A DNA stretch of 64,000 nt from positions 11,906,001-11,970,000 of the forward strand of contig OZ249436.1 in NCBI GenBank assembly GCA_965235115.1, written 5' to 3'. Below, one piece after another: positions 1-12,224 of the stretch (positions are counted from its first letter, which is position 1; each line of letters begins with the position of its first letter). The notes beneath the pieces were generated by a model. That model saw only the letters and a list, made by a program, of their open reading frames with translations, was not told the origin of the DNA and made no database searches. The DNA comes from Laetmonice hystrix. Lineage: Eukaryota. The position numbers and the translations under genes are program-made.

Positions 1-19
1 AGAAACAAATCCAGTGTTC

Positions 20-873
20 TTATTGTCCTGCTTGCAGCCGCAGCTGGTTTGAGTAATGCGATTGGTAGGGTGACTGTTGGTATGGAGAGTAGTTGGACAA
101 GGCCGCTCCGGACAGGGAGGCGGTGGACAGGGAGGGTGCCGACAGGTGCGAGCCTGTCAGGGCGGAAGGGTTGGTGTTCAGGTTGGCGCTCTGACCCATG
201 GCCTGGCTGAAGTAAGAGCTGTGGTAAGAGTTGCTGAGGTTGGCCGCCGGGGAGGCCGCCGGGTAGTACGGGGAGCCGTAGCTCGCCGTAGCCGCCGCCG
301 TCACTGTGGTGGACGGCCCGGCCCAGTGCTCCGCCTTGAGTGAGGCGTGCATGCCGCCAGTTGACCCCAGCCCGGGGTATTGGTGCTGCGGCTGCGACAG
401 GCCGTAGGGCGCCAGTGGGTTCAGGCTTGGGTACGGCTTGTAGCCGGCCGTGGCCGCCGCCCCGTACAACCCAAAGTGGCCGTAGGCGTTCATCTGTTGC
501 ATTTGAGCTTGCTGTTCCTCTCGTTTCTTCTGCAGCTTGAAGCGCTTGGCCCTCCTGAGGAAGGATCCGTTGGAGAACATGTCCCCGCAGGCTGGGTGAA
601 GAGCCCAGTGGTTGCCCTTGCCTGGTTTACCGGGAGCGCGCGCGATCTTCAGGAAACAATCGTTCAGGGACAAGTTATGTCGAATGCTGTTCTGCCAGCG
701 CTGCTGGTTCTCCTTGAAGTAAGGGAAACGGTTCATGATGAACGAGTAGATCTCGTTGAGAGTCATCATCCCAGACGGCGAGCTCTCTAAGGCCATGGTG
801 ATGAGGGCGATGTACGAGTAGGGGGGTTTAACATCTGCAAACCGGCGCTTCTGCTGGGAAATGGTGGACGTTC
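20..873 (-). CDS. FoxAB: Forkhead transcription factor, exon 2 (forkhead domain and C-terminus); most consistent with the FoxAB family
   Basis: Acceptor gtttcag|GA at 873; phase 1 joins exon 1 (G|GA = Gly). Encodes [35 protein letters not shown]...[15 protein letters not shown]...[29 protein letters not shown], a complete forkhead domain of the A/B group; stop TAA at 20-22. Subfamily assignment is from recall of the motif, not a search. Confidence 0.9.
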
Positions 874-1448
874 CTGAAACATTGCCATACAAGCGAGATC
901 CTTTAATTGACCAGGTACGTCGTACACTGGAAAGCTTAGGTAGGGCCATAATAACACTTTATTGTTAAATAAAAATAAATCTGTTAGGCATGTGCAATAA
1001 ATGTATATACGTTATTAACAAGTATACCGCCCTATAGACATACCCTCTTTGTATTCTATCTCCATTATAGATAGAGTCAATATAATTAGTTTTCGTCGTG
1101 CAGAGTAATCATATTTGTAAAAAAAGAGAGGAACAGTTATACATGAGGCCTTTGGTTCACTGTTCTGTCATGTAATTAATTTTCATGCATGCACACAAAC
1201 GTGACATTAGATGCAGACAGACTCTTGCAATCTGTTGATTTCCCAACTTAGAAACAGTTCAAGTTTTTATGAAACGAAGTAGTAGCCACCCAGTCACTTC
1301 ACAATGACCAATCTTTATGCTGGCCAACTATTCGTTCAAAACTTTATAATCAAAATAAGAATTAAGACAAATGGACGTAACCCTCATCGAAAAACACACT
1401 TTATGATGTAGAAGATTTTGATTTCATAAGTTAGGCGTAGATACTCAC

Positions 1449-2007
1449 CAGAGAATTGCTGCGCGTCGAGGTCATCGTCATCGACCTCCTGCCCTGGGAT
1501 GATTGTGCCGGAGCCCCGGGTGCCAGCCGAGCCGGCAGGGCTGGCGGACCGCCCGCTGTCTGAGTCAGTCCGCGCGCCGTCGTCGTCACACCCCTCCTGG
1601 GTGGAGGCGGGGACCAGTGGCGGGGCGGGAGGCGGGGACGGTCCGCCGAGCTGGGGGTGGCCGGGCCCGTCAGCCTGCGCGTGTCCGTGACGGTCCGCCA
1701 GCCCCTGCACCATGGAGCTAACGGTGTGCTGGGTCAGCTGGAGATGGTGGTGGTGGTTGTCGTGCAGGGGCTGGGTCGGGTGGAGGAGCTGATCCGACAC
1801 GTGCAGCAAGTGATGTCCGCCACTCATTGACATCATACACGACGACTTGGGGTCGCCAAGGGCTGGGTGAGGGTGTGCGCCGGCGGCCGCCTGTAGGTGG
1901 TGACCGGGATGGAGCAGTCCGGCACCCCCCGGCAGGCCGCCCAGGTGATGGTGGCCTGCGTGGTGTCCACTTCCTACCACCAGCCCGCTCGGTCCGTCCA
2001 TGATCAT
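1449..2007 (-). CDS. FoxAB: Forkhead gene exon 1 (His/Gly/Pro-rich low-complexity N-terminus)
   Basis: ATG at 2007 (alternative ATG at 2001); GC-rich open frame ending at donor TCTG|gtgagt at 1449. 559+854 nt = 471 codons in frame with exon 2. Confidence 0.85.
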
Positions 2008-2596
2008 TCTGTCGTCAGGTACAACCTCTCACGTCAAGATATTGCGTCCAAATAATTCTCAAGTATCTCTACCTTAATTTAAATTACAAATCTAAGTGAA
2101 CGACTTGAGAACGAAGGTGAGGAATGACCAGCAGGTTGTGGGAACTTTTCACGACAGGCGGTCACTTTCACTGATTGATCCAATAATTGCCCACAATTGA
2201 TGGCCAGCAGGGGGTCAAATCGTAGCTGTCCGGATTCACGTAAACTTTCAACCGATCCAATTACCTGCCAACTTCAGCCTTGGTAAAGTTTTCAGCAATC
2301 ACCAAACACCACCAATTCGTTCGCTGTGGTGGGACGAAAACTTGTGTAGAGATCTATAAGATTTGGCGTCGACCTGGGATGCTTGGCTCCAACAGTGTTT
2401 CCCAGTGGGAGAGTGTGTACGATTTCACCCTTTTTGATTGCAGGTAAATCAATATAAAGGGTTTTCTACCTCCCCAGCTGCAACGTGATTGGTCAAGCGG
2501 TCAAGACTGGACTTAGCATTAAGAAGCGCACTTTCTGCCTGAGGGTAATATTAAACCGCAGCTCTGTTGTTATCCAAATGAAGCTATTATGCTTGC

Positions 2597-2672
2597 TTTT
2601 ATAAGTGATTAGCCCCACTTGGGTTGTGAGGGTTGGGTGGGCGCTTCGCTCAAGTCGCTGCTTGCTGATTGG
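2597..2672 (-). promoter_or_regulatory. Candidate core promoter of the forkhead gene (TATAAAA and CCAAT)
   Basis: Minus-strand TATAAAA at 2603-2597 with CCAAT at 2672-2668 about 65 bp upstream, roughly 600 bp before the ATG. Confidence 0.4.
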
Positions 2673-5600
2673 TCAAACACCCCAGCCGAAGTCATTCCAC
2701 AGCGTCGCGCTTGACATGTGTGTGTTTCAATTATATCGATGGCAACTTAAATGAGCAGGGTAGTTTCTACAATTTCCCTAAAGGTAATATGTAATTAGGA
2801 ATTCTCAGGTTCATGTCATTATGAGTATGTGTCAAATCCAATGTTGCCGATGACCAGCGCCGATTTGAATTGAATCATGTCCTGGTTTTACAAATATTGT
2901 ATTGGTTTTGTTACGAACCATCAATGTTTTTCTTGTAGCGATTCAGACTGTAAATAGAAGTTTTACTATAAGTGAATACATGCACCCCTTAATTCAGTAA
3001 CTGTTTCGTGTATGCGAGGGTATATGCAAATATTTTCAACATCAATTTTCAGTATCAATAAAATTGTTGTTCAAGTTTTATGACATGAAACTGTGCGAGT
3101 TTGCGTTAACACCTATATGTTGCCCAGATTGATGGATCGTGTTTTTTAAAATCTATACTCACATCATTTTATATTGCTGTAGACTTATTCAGTATACATG
3201 TGTCTGCAATCGATCCATGCATTTATGATTTTTATTTTGGAGGGGGATGTCTTAATTAATTCTATATTTAGTATATATATAGCTACTGTTATATGCTAAA
3301 TTATTACAACAAAAATTATTATCTTTTTGAAAGAATTAAGTAATAATTATACTCTGATTAAATCTTCATTATAGTAGAAATCTTCGTTTCTACTATCAGA
3401 TCAAGACTGAATTTCGACAAATAAACAGCTCTGTGTCAATTCTGTTTAATAGGCTGAGCACACACAGCCGGGAAAAAAGGAGGAAATAAAAGTTCATAAT
3501 ATGGCATCCATAGAGTAGGATACTGGGAGTTTAATCACGGAATATCACGCCACATAACTAGGTAATGAATTGTAAGCAGGAAAAAAGGCTGTCTTGCGTC
3601 AGTTTAGACAACGGACATTACACAGGTGTAGTGGGGTTGCAAGTGTCAACAGAGATTAGTGGGTTTCTATGCATACTGAAACAACATATCAAGCTGGAAA
3701 TATTGGTCGTCCGGTGAGCGTTCGTGACCTCGGGGCACATTCCTGTGGATTGTTGAAAGCAGGGCTCAGAGAAAACGTTAAGACTGATGAGATGGATTCA
3801 TTAACAGTTACGTCAGCTTGAGTGATACAGGTGGTAAGATTGACAGCTCCCTTGTAACTGTTGGTATGTGTCTGTTTGGGTGGCGAAGGTAGCACGAGCC
3901 CGCACACACATCCACCAACATATACATAGGCCTACTCACACGGGCTAACTCCCGTGAAACTACGACACGACACGGTAAATAGCGCACATGTGAAGTACGT
4001 TTATTACAGAAAATGTACATTTTCATTTTTAGTTACACCTATTTCATTTAACGACACATTTTTTATTATCACATAATGCCTATATTTTACCATGCATGTA
4101 CGAGGTATAGCCTGCATGGTATCGTCATTAAGAGGAGTGTAACCTGCCAGTTATAATGTCGAAATAATGTTTAAATTCATACACATCACAATAATCAGAA
4201 AAAAATCGACGCTCGTAAAAATAATTCTATTGGGGGGGGGGGGGCCTAAATACATACAATACGGGTTTCAGTCCGGCAGTGTCTAAAGGTTAGACAAAAT
4301 TTTATTTTAATTGAATAGGCCTACCCCTCCATCGTTAATCAGTGTTATACATATAGCCACGGTAGCACTTATTATTGTCTTTAATTGGTCAAATATGCCC
4401 ACCCAATCTCTCCGGCCTGATGATGCGTGCCATGTAATAAGTAATCGAGTGTTGGTCCGTGAGTTCTATCCAAACATGTCAAGCCCCGTTCATATTGGCC
4501 GCGGCGGTCGCTCCGCCTTCTGTGTGACGGTTCGCCAAGGTGAGAGGACCAATTGACACGTTCAGATTGTAGCGGGACCGCAACCTCAACAGCCACGTTT
4601 GGATGCCACTTCATATGAATGGAAAACCTTAATGGAAAGGTTAGTTGCAATTGCTGAAAACGAAAGTGACACGGCCATTCAGGCATCATAACAGCACCAA
4701 CGTCAATTTGAAATTATGGTCCACGAGGCCCTCCGCATATGTCGTTGGAATCACAATAGAGTGCGGACCGTGCCTCTTCAGAGAACCTGAAAAACATCTT
4801 TGAAACTACGCCCCGTATATGGCCATTTCATAAGGTATGACCGGCCTACAAGCAATTGCCGCAGGAAGAAAAAAAGAACTTTGCAAGTCTTTGGCTTTAG
4901 GTCACTTTCCCCCCAATAAGACTCATCATTCCCTAAATACGATCCATCCTTTGTCTTTGATAATGTTGGCTACAGGCCATTGTCGGTTTAATGCATTTTC
5001 AGGGACACACAAATATAGGCCTATTGTAGGCCTATATGCACCGGGTAGCCACCCCCCCCCCCGTGTTTCGCTTGTCTGCCATCAACCAGGCCACTCCCCC
5101 CCCCACCCCACCCCCCAGTGGCGTATCTAAAGGGGGGGGTGGGGTTGTGGGGTTGCAACCCCCTTCAGCTGCTGACTATTATGTTATGATGGTGAAAATG
5201 GAGCAAAAAAACGGACCCTTTTTAGGGGTCCCTTCAGTACACCTTCACTCAAACATCAACCCCCCCCCCCTTCCTGAAAGCTAACTTCATTCTTAATAAA
5301 TGAACAGAATAGGAATCAATGTACAAAAGGTTGAAATGCCCGACAGGCCCTCAGAATGAGCCTGAGCAATAGTTCAATGTGATAGGTAACAATTACAGTT
5401 TTAAGTGAAACCAATAACATGCAAAATATTGACTGAATATAAAAGTGTTAACTTTACTTACAAAATAAATGACTCAAATGCTCAAAATTTAAAGCCTTGC
5501 GGCCTCACAAAAGTGTTGGATCTCTGACTTATGTTGCGTAAAGTTTACTTAGGTTTTACTGATTGGTGCACATTTGCAAGGTTCACGACTCCTGCATACC

Positions 5601-7300
5601 GATACCGGGCCGCGGTGTATTCACATGAAAACAAATGGTGTTTTAGAGGGTGGCGCCAAACATTTTGTTCAAATGGGCCGAACCTTAGAAGGCAGGAAAG
5701 TATACCCTGTGCCCTGTACGTAATCTGTTTCAATATTTGAACTGAGGTTTTGTTGTTGGGGCCGGTGCTCTGAGGAGGTGAGTGGTCAATGGTTGCAGAT
5801 CAGAACCGCGTGCTGCACATTTCTGGGGGTTTGCACCTGGTCCCAATCATTGTAGGCATTACTCTCCGTATTATGGAGCCGTCCGTTAGTACCAACCACG
5901 GACGCTAAAGCTCCCCATCTGACTTCCGAAGTTAAAATCTTCTTTGTGAAATATCGCCCTCTTCAGTCTCCCCCCCCCCCCCCATCCTCGATATGGTCGT
6001 GGACAGGGTCAGGCAGAGGTATAAATTTATATGATTGCATACATTGACAAATTTCCAAAGACCCCTTCTCCTCACTCAAAGTTTGTGTTTTCTCTAGGGG
6101 AGGGGGCGTTCTTTTCTGCATGGTAAACACGTAATTTACCTCTACTTTCCGACTAGCAAGTTTTCTTCTCTAGGTCTTCCGCCATACATAAGAACAGATT
6201 ACCGTAATCCCCAGAAACCCTACAGGCAGAATCCCTCGTTGTCCTCGTTTGAATGCATGCCTACTTTGGGCAGAAGCTTCTGGGATGGCTATAGCCCAAC
6301 CTCGTATTTGAGATGACAGATAGAGTTGACAAACAAAAACAGACGCACACTCAGTAGCACATAGACATCGCATCATTATATGAGCACAAAGGATAACACG
6401 GTGGTTACACTCTATAGACGCGTGCGGAGAAGATAACATCAGCTCCAGTTGCTATCACCTCTGGGTGATACAACACGCGTGCCTGGTCCACGTGGCGCCA
6501 GACGCCAGTATCACCCGAGCACCATTTATACCTGTGTACATATTTGACCGCACCCACACAAGTTGTTGATCCACACACCCTTATCAATCAGTCATTACGT
6601 CAAGTTTATTCGGTATTACGGCAGGAAATCTCCTACAATGACAGCCACTGGTCATTCCCAAAACAAATAGCATCAGCCATCATTTTTCGTGATCTGGGTG
6701 CTTTGTTTGAACCTGCGTGGTGCGTTAGTATCCCACTCGTAACATAATCATGTCACCATGACATAATTATAGGCCTACTAATGTACATCGCTAATGTCCG
6801 AACCTGGACCCCCCCCCCCTCGACGCTCCCCGCTAGAGCAGACATATGCAGGACTATTTGTCCCACACCTTGTAGAATAAATAAACAAAAATAACAACCA
6901 CTCATTTGACATCATTCACGCAAATGCTTATTTAAAGGCGAAGTTATAAGTTATAGACACTCCAATACTCCAATATAAGAATATGTATGACCACGTCCAT
7001 ACACTCAAATTTAAAAAAAAGTTAAACTTAGATAGAATGGTTCCAAGTCGACCGGGATTTCATGTATGTTATCTGGAAATTTACAAGCCCTCGAATATAA
7101 CCAGTTCAATGCCCCTGCGAGTGCCATGGTTCAATTATAATCGTATTAGATGTGGACTTTGTGCAGCTCTGGTCTACATCTCTTGTATTTAATCAGATAT
7201 GTATACATACTTTTTGCTGGCAGTCCATCAATTTGTAAGGGGGAGAGGTTTTGACATGTTGAAAATGTCATGTTGTCCGCTATAGAAATGAAATCGCAAT

Positions 7301-7753
7301 TATCCTAGATAAATTTTGTCATCGGTATCCTAGATAAATTTTGTCATCGGTATCCTAGATAAATTTTGTCATCGGTATCCTAGATAAATTTTGTCATCGG
7401 TATCCTAGATAAATTTTGTCATCGGTATCCTAGATAAATTTTGTCATCGGTATCCTAGATAAATTTTGTCATCGGTATCCTAGATAAATTTTGTCATCGG
7501 TATCCTAGATAAATTTTGTCATCGGTATCCTAGATAAATTTTGTCATCGGTATCCTAGATAAATTTTGTCATCGGTATCCTAGATAAATTTTGTCATCGG
7601 TATCCTAGATAAATTTTGTCATCGGTATCCTAGATAAATTTTGTCATCGGTATCCTAGATAAATTTTGTCATTGGTATCCTAGATAAATTTTGTCATCGG
7701 TATCCTAGATAAATTTTGTCATCGGTATCCTAGATAAATTTTGTCATCGGTAT
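7301..7753. repeat. Tandem minisatellite, 18 x 25 bp (TATCCTAGATAAATTTTGTCATCGG)
   Basis: Direct reading: period 25, no spacers, one C>T variant near 7673. Confidence 0.98.
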
Positions 7754-10171
7754 TTGCTCCTATTTATTTGATCTTCTCCTTATTGTAGGAATAATAAACG
7801 TTTTACTTGCCAAACGTTTGACAATAGAAATATGCTGGATCCCTCAAAACAGTAGCAAAATCAATAATTTTGTGTCAAGTTATCCCCCGCCCCCCGTTTT
7901 TCCTACAAGTGCTCGGTCATTAAATTTATTTTGACAATGGCATTCGTATTGCAGGCATGCAGTAAGAGTATTGCCACAGAAAAATATGAGTACTAGGAAA
8001 TCATAAACTGACCAATGGAACTGAAATAGAGTGTTACTCTAAGGTAATAATAAGGCCAAGCCGTTCCATTCCGTGTATATAGGAGACCAGCCCGAGCATG
8101 GGGCCTAATCAGGTCCCCTCCGTAACGGCAGCAAATGTCTCGCTGAAGAACCGGAAAGAACATGTCACCGGCCACAAAGGAAGAAAACGAGGACGCTAGA
8201 ATTAGTGACCCCCTAATGAGACACATCACACGTCTCAACGCCTGTGCCGCACCTTTTTGATGGCCTTATAATATGCGCTTTGACCAATTTGCACGTCTGC
8301 GAAAAGGCTACTTTGAGTCGCGAGCTTGACTAGGATGGCGCTCAGCACACATTCGTCGCATTATAAGCCAATTTGTTCCATAAAGCCATGCGCTTTGTAG
8401 AGCAATTGGCTCATGGCATTCAAATGGATTCTTGTTGTGTGGCAAACAAAAGAGGTGGCTGACTTGCCGGCTAGATCAAGGGTGCATGGCATTGCGCAAA
8501 TTAAGGTCGAGCTGACATACAGCACCGGTTGATTCGCGGTCAGCCTGTGGCATATGCAAGTCAGCAGTCGCTTATTAATATCGGCAACTAGATTAGGCGA
8601 TCTAGAGACTTAGCATATTGTACCTCTAAACGGTATTAAGTTCATGGATTGAATGGCTGTAGTCAATTTCAATCAGCCGAAATATTTAGACTTTCGTCCT
8701 GCAAGCGGACGGTGATAGAAAGAGACCTACGCCTTATTGTTATATTTGATCGGTACTCGCGCCGCTTAGCAGGATTATGAGGGAAACCATACCTTTCTTA
8801 TTGATCTTATTACTTTTCACAAAAGACCATTTTAATGACATAAAAAGATTGAAGGAAATCCACCAATTCTAGTCCTCGAAAAAGGCAATACCGCGAGTTC
8901 AGTAATCGCTCCACAAGGGTTTTACTCACCTGTAAAAGGAATCTCGTTATGACATCAAAGTGACGTAGATTGGCTTTACCAATAATCTTGTTTAACTATC
9001 AGTAAGGATTAATTCAATAAAAGTACTACATCAAAACCAATATGCAATTTTTCGCTTGGTAACGTATAGTTCCTTTACAGCCGTATAAAAAACACCTTTA
9101 AAAAGTAACATCTTGTTTCATTAAGCGGTGCTACACGATTGTATGCGAACAACAGTTTGTGTACGCAAACAGTAGCAATGTTACCGACGATGTGTTCTAG
9201 GTGCCTTGTCTCTCCTTTAGGTGAAGTGAGGTGAAGGGAATAGATATTATATGTGCGTAGGGCTAGAAAGGGGGCGAAGTATAGGGAGAGGCATGTGTAC
9301 AGTATTCCTAAATATATAGTAACATACATGCCTTATTAAAATGACCCTCCAATTTTTCATTAAAATATATTTTCCCGCGTACATTATTGTGTGCCCAAAC
9401 ATTTATGCTGATGTTATTAACGATATATTTTAATTGCCTGTCCTCAGACACTTTACATGCTATAGTATGTGAAAGAAATAGACCTGAATGCCGTAGGAAG
9501 GTTAGGCCTACTAACAGTGAAAGGAAATGGCGAACTGGACTGGTACTGAATAAATTAAAGTGGGGGGGGGGGGGGGCAGTAGGAAGGTAAGTGATTAAGA
9601 AGGGCAGATGAAAGGGCGAATAGGAAATCGACTAAAAACAAGGGAAAATTAAAATGTGACTAAAAGTGGATGTCGGCAAAGTAGGAAGTTGACTGAGTGG
9701 GGGCCGGGGGGGGGGGGCAAAATATGAAATGGTTAAAAGTGTGAACGTGCGTGTCAGAGGGTGTATGCAAGGTACATGTACTAAAATATACAAGGTTTTG
9801 TAAATAGGGAAAAGTCTTTGCGAGTAAAACTATAACAAATATTACACGAACCCTCGTGGCATAAGAAGTCGCGTAATCAGAGGAAAGAGCTCACTGGATG
9901 CCACAGGAAACATGAGTGCCCTCTGGGAGCCACTTGGGGAGGTACCACCCATCCATTAACATGAATTAATCTAAGACAAAAATAGCATACGTGACACATA
10001 GGCTACCTATAACAGTTTAGCTCATGTTAAAAAGAAGTCTTTGGTCAATGCTAAATGACATTCGATGATATAATAATTATTTCCGAGATTCAGGCCTAAA
10101 TCTGATATGGGCAATAATAATTTAGGCGGGAGTAACAAGGCGAGTACTATGCTCACTGCACACAAAAATTA

Positions 10172-10217
<46 letters not shown>
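10172..10217. repeat. (AAGT)n microsatellite
   Basis: About 11 perfect copies read directly. Confidence 0.95.
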
Positions 10218-10218
<1 letters not shown>

Positions 10219-10814
10219 TAAATGGATCTAATCAACTGTAGCTGTGTGCTGGCTATATAAAATCACTTTTTCAATGACCCGTGTAAACTTTGAGAGCGAA
10301 CCTATCAAAGAACCTGGTGGAAAGTAAAAGAACCATGCATTTCGGAGGGGGCAGAACGCCCTCTGGTGCATACAGTTTCGCCACAGGTTATTGAAAGACG
10401 GTGTATACGATCTTTGGGGAGCTTTGATCTTAGCTCGAATTAATGTTATTCAAAGTTGTAAGACAAAACGATGCCAAAACAAATTATAATACCCCACAAC
10501 ACATCCTTGCTTGTAGCCACTCCTCACAATTTCTCCCTCGCCCAAACCTATACTGCAACTGCAGTCCTACATGCATCCTCATCCATTACCAACTTGGGAA
10601 GCTATACGGGTGGTACGTGCTTGGGCGATCGGCAACTCTCGTCGCTGAAATTAGCCACCCCTTCCCCTGGTCGGAAAGTTGGCTGGGGTCAGAGCTGGGT
10701 CTATCATTTCCGACGGGAAAAGGGGGCATCAGAAATCAACGGAGGGCTCTCAAATCTGGTATCAATGTAGTTTGATATAACGAAAAAAATATATATCCCC
10801 CCTCCAAACACTAA

Positions 10815-11418
10815 AGGCCTCCACACACTTGGGCCGTTCACGCCGCGATTTGACGTCGCGTGAAACGCCCGGCGTAACCACTGGGCGTTACGCCGTGCGA
10901 TAAATGGTTCCCACTTGCGCGGAAAACGCACGCGGTCATCGCTGGCTGCATGTTTGCAAAATGACAAAATGCAATATATGTCATACTGTTTCTGTGCATC
11001 TTATAGGAGGGACATTGTTTGCCGTATAGGCGGGGATTCTTCTCGGTTTCCACTATCAACTGTTCGGTTTTCTGGTCCTATAGAGCTTCCTTCCGCCCCA
11101 TCCTGCTGGCTGGTAGATGATAAAATGGAATACAGATCAGCCTGGGATCATCAGGTGCAAGGTGGTCTGACCACAGATATACTGGATGGATGCCTATTGG
11201 CTGAATGGATGATCGGTCGAGGAAACACGCTGCGTGATACGCACAGAAACCTATTCTGAGGTTTCGGTCATTTCACGCTGCGGTCGCAATGCGTGTTTTT
11301 TTACGCCAAGCCGAAGTTTGTGGTTTCCCATTGTAATCTATGGGTTACAACGCGTTTTCGCGACGCGTTTCACGCGACGTCAAATCGCGACGTGAACTGC
11401 CCAAGTGTGTGGAGGCCT
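10815..11418. mobile_element. PIF/Harbinger-like MITE
   Basis: Long TIRs AGGCCTCCACACACTTGGG...CCCAAGTGTGTGGAGGCCT with further inverted similarity inside; flanked by TAA/TAA (10812-14, 11419-21). Confidence 0.85.
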
Positions 11419-12218
11419 TAAGACTTGGTGTCAAATTTAGGCGAGGTCGCTTGCTCCCCCCCCCCCATGTCAGCTGTGGCTGCTCCTGTACCTGCACGCG
11501 CTCGTACGAGGCGTTATGTATTCGGGATTAAATGCCTATTTAACGCCTCCAGTGCCCCCCCCCCCCTGAACATTCACCCACATCCACTTTCCAGCCAACA
11601 TGGAAAAAGCTTTAAAAAATTCAGAATGTAAAGTATAAGTATTGGTGCCAACGTGCCATATTCTCTGAATGACCTACAGAACAGCCGCATAGTAATGTTT
11701 TCTCACGCATGTTCAGTTTATTTTAACACAGAAATTTTACAATTATGATGTACTTCCTAACTCGATTTCTGAGGTGCTTCAAAGATTTTTTCAAAATTAC
11801 TTGCATTGAAACGTAATGGACGTAATTTTCGCCACTAGATGGCAGTGTGAACGTGAAATACTCGGTACCCTCACACCATGGTTATATGACGAACGTCAAG
11901 GGGATATGCCGAATGCATCCGGTCGGCATACTTTGCTAATGCACTTTAATTTTTTTTTAATCGTACAGGATAACAGCCTAATGCCACACTTTATATTTTT
12001 CCTTTTTCAAACCGTCCAAGTATCACATTTTGTCTTCAAAAAGGAGTCGTACACCGCCAAGGAAGTTACATTATACCAACCTACGAGTAAGTTAATACAA
12101 AGGGACCCTCCCCAGCGTCCATTCTGTGAGGTGAGCGTGTCTTTAATAAGTGAAGTGGGAGACCCGTACATGCTACACAGACACGTAACATGATTGTGGC
12201 CAGTTTTGTCAACTTCAG

Positions 12219-12224
12219 TTTATT
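12219..12224 (-). terminator. Candidate poly(A) signal AATAAA for calcineurin A (3' UTR about 2.5 kb)
   Basis: AATAAA on minus strand at the end of an AT-rich stretch downstream of the stop at 14737. Confidence 0.35.

Noticed and set aside
77..790. Plus-strand ORFs overlapping the Fox gene
   Set aside because: Antisense shadows of GC-rich coding sequence; no recognisable product.
874..949. N-terminus MALPKLSS... of the 309-aa ORF
   Set aside because: Lies in the intron; AT-rich, and a clean phase-matched acceptor at 873 joins exon 1.
7301..7753. CRISPR array
   Set aside because: Repeats abut with no unique spacers, no cas genes, eukaryotic context.
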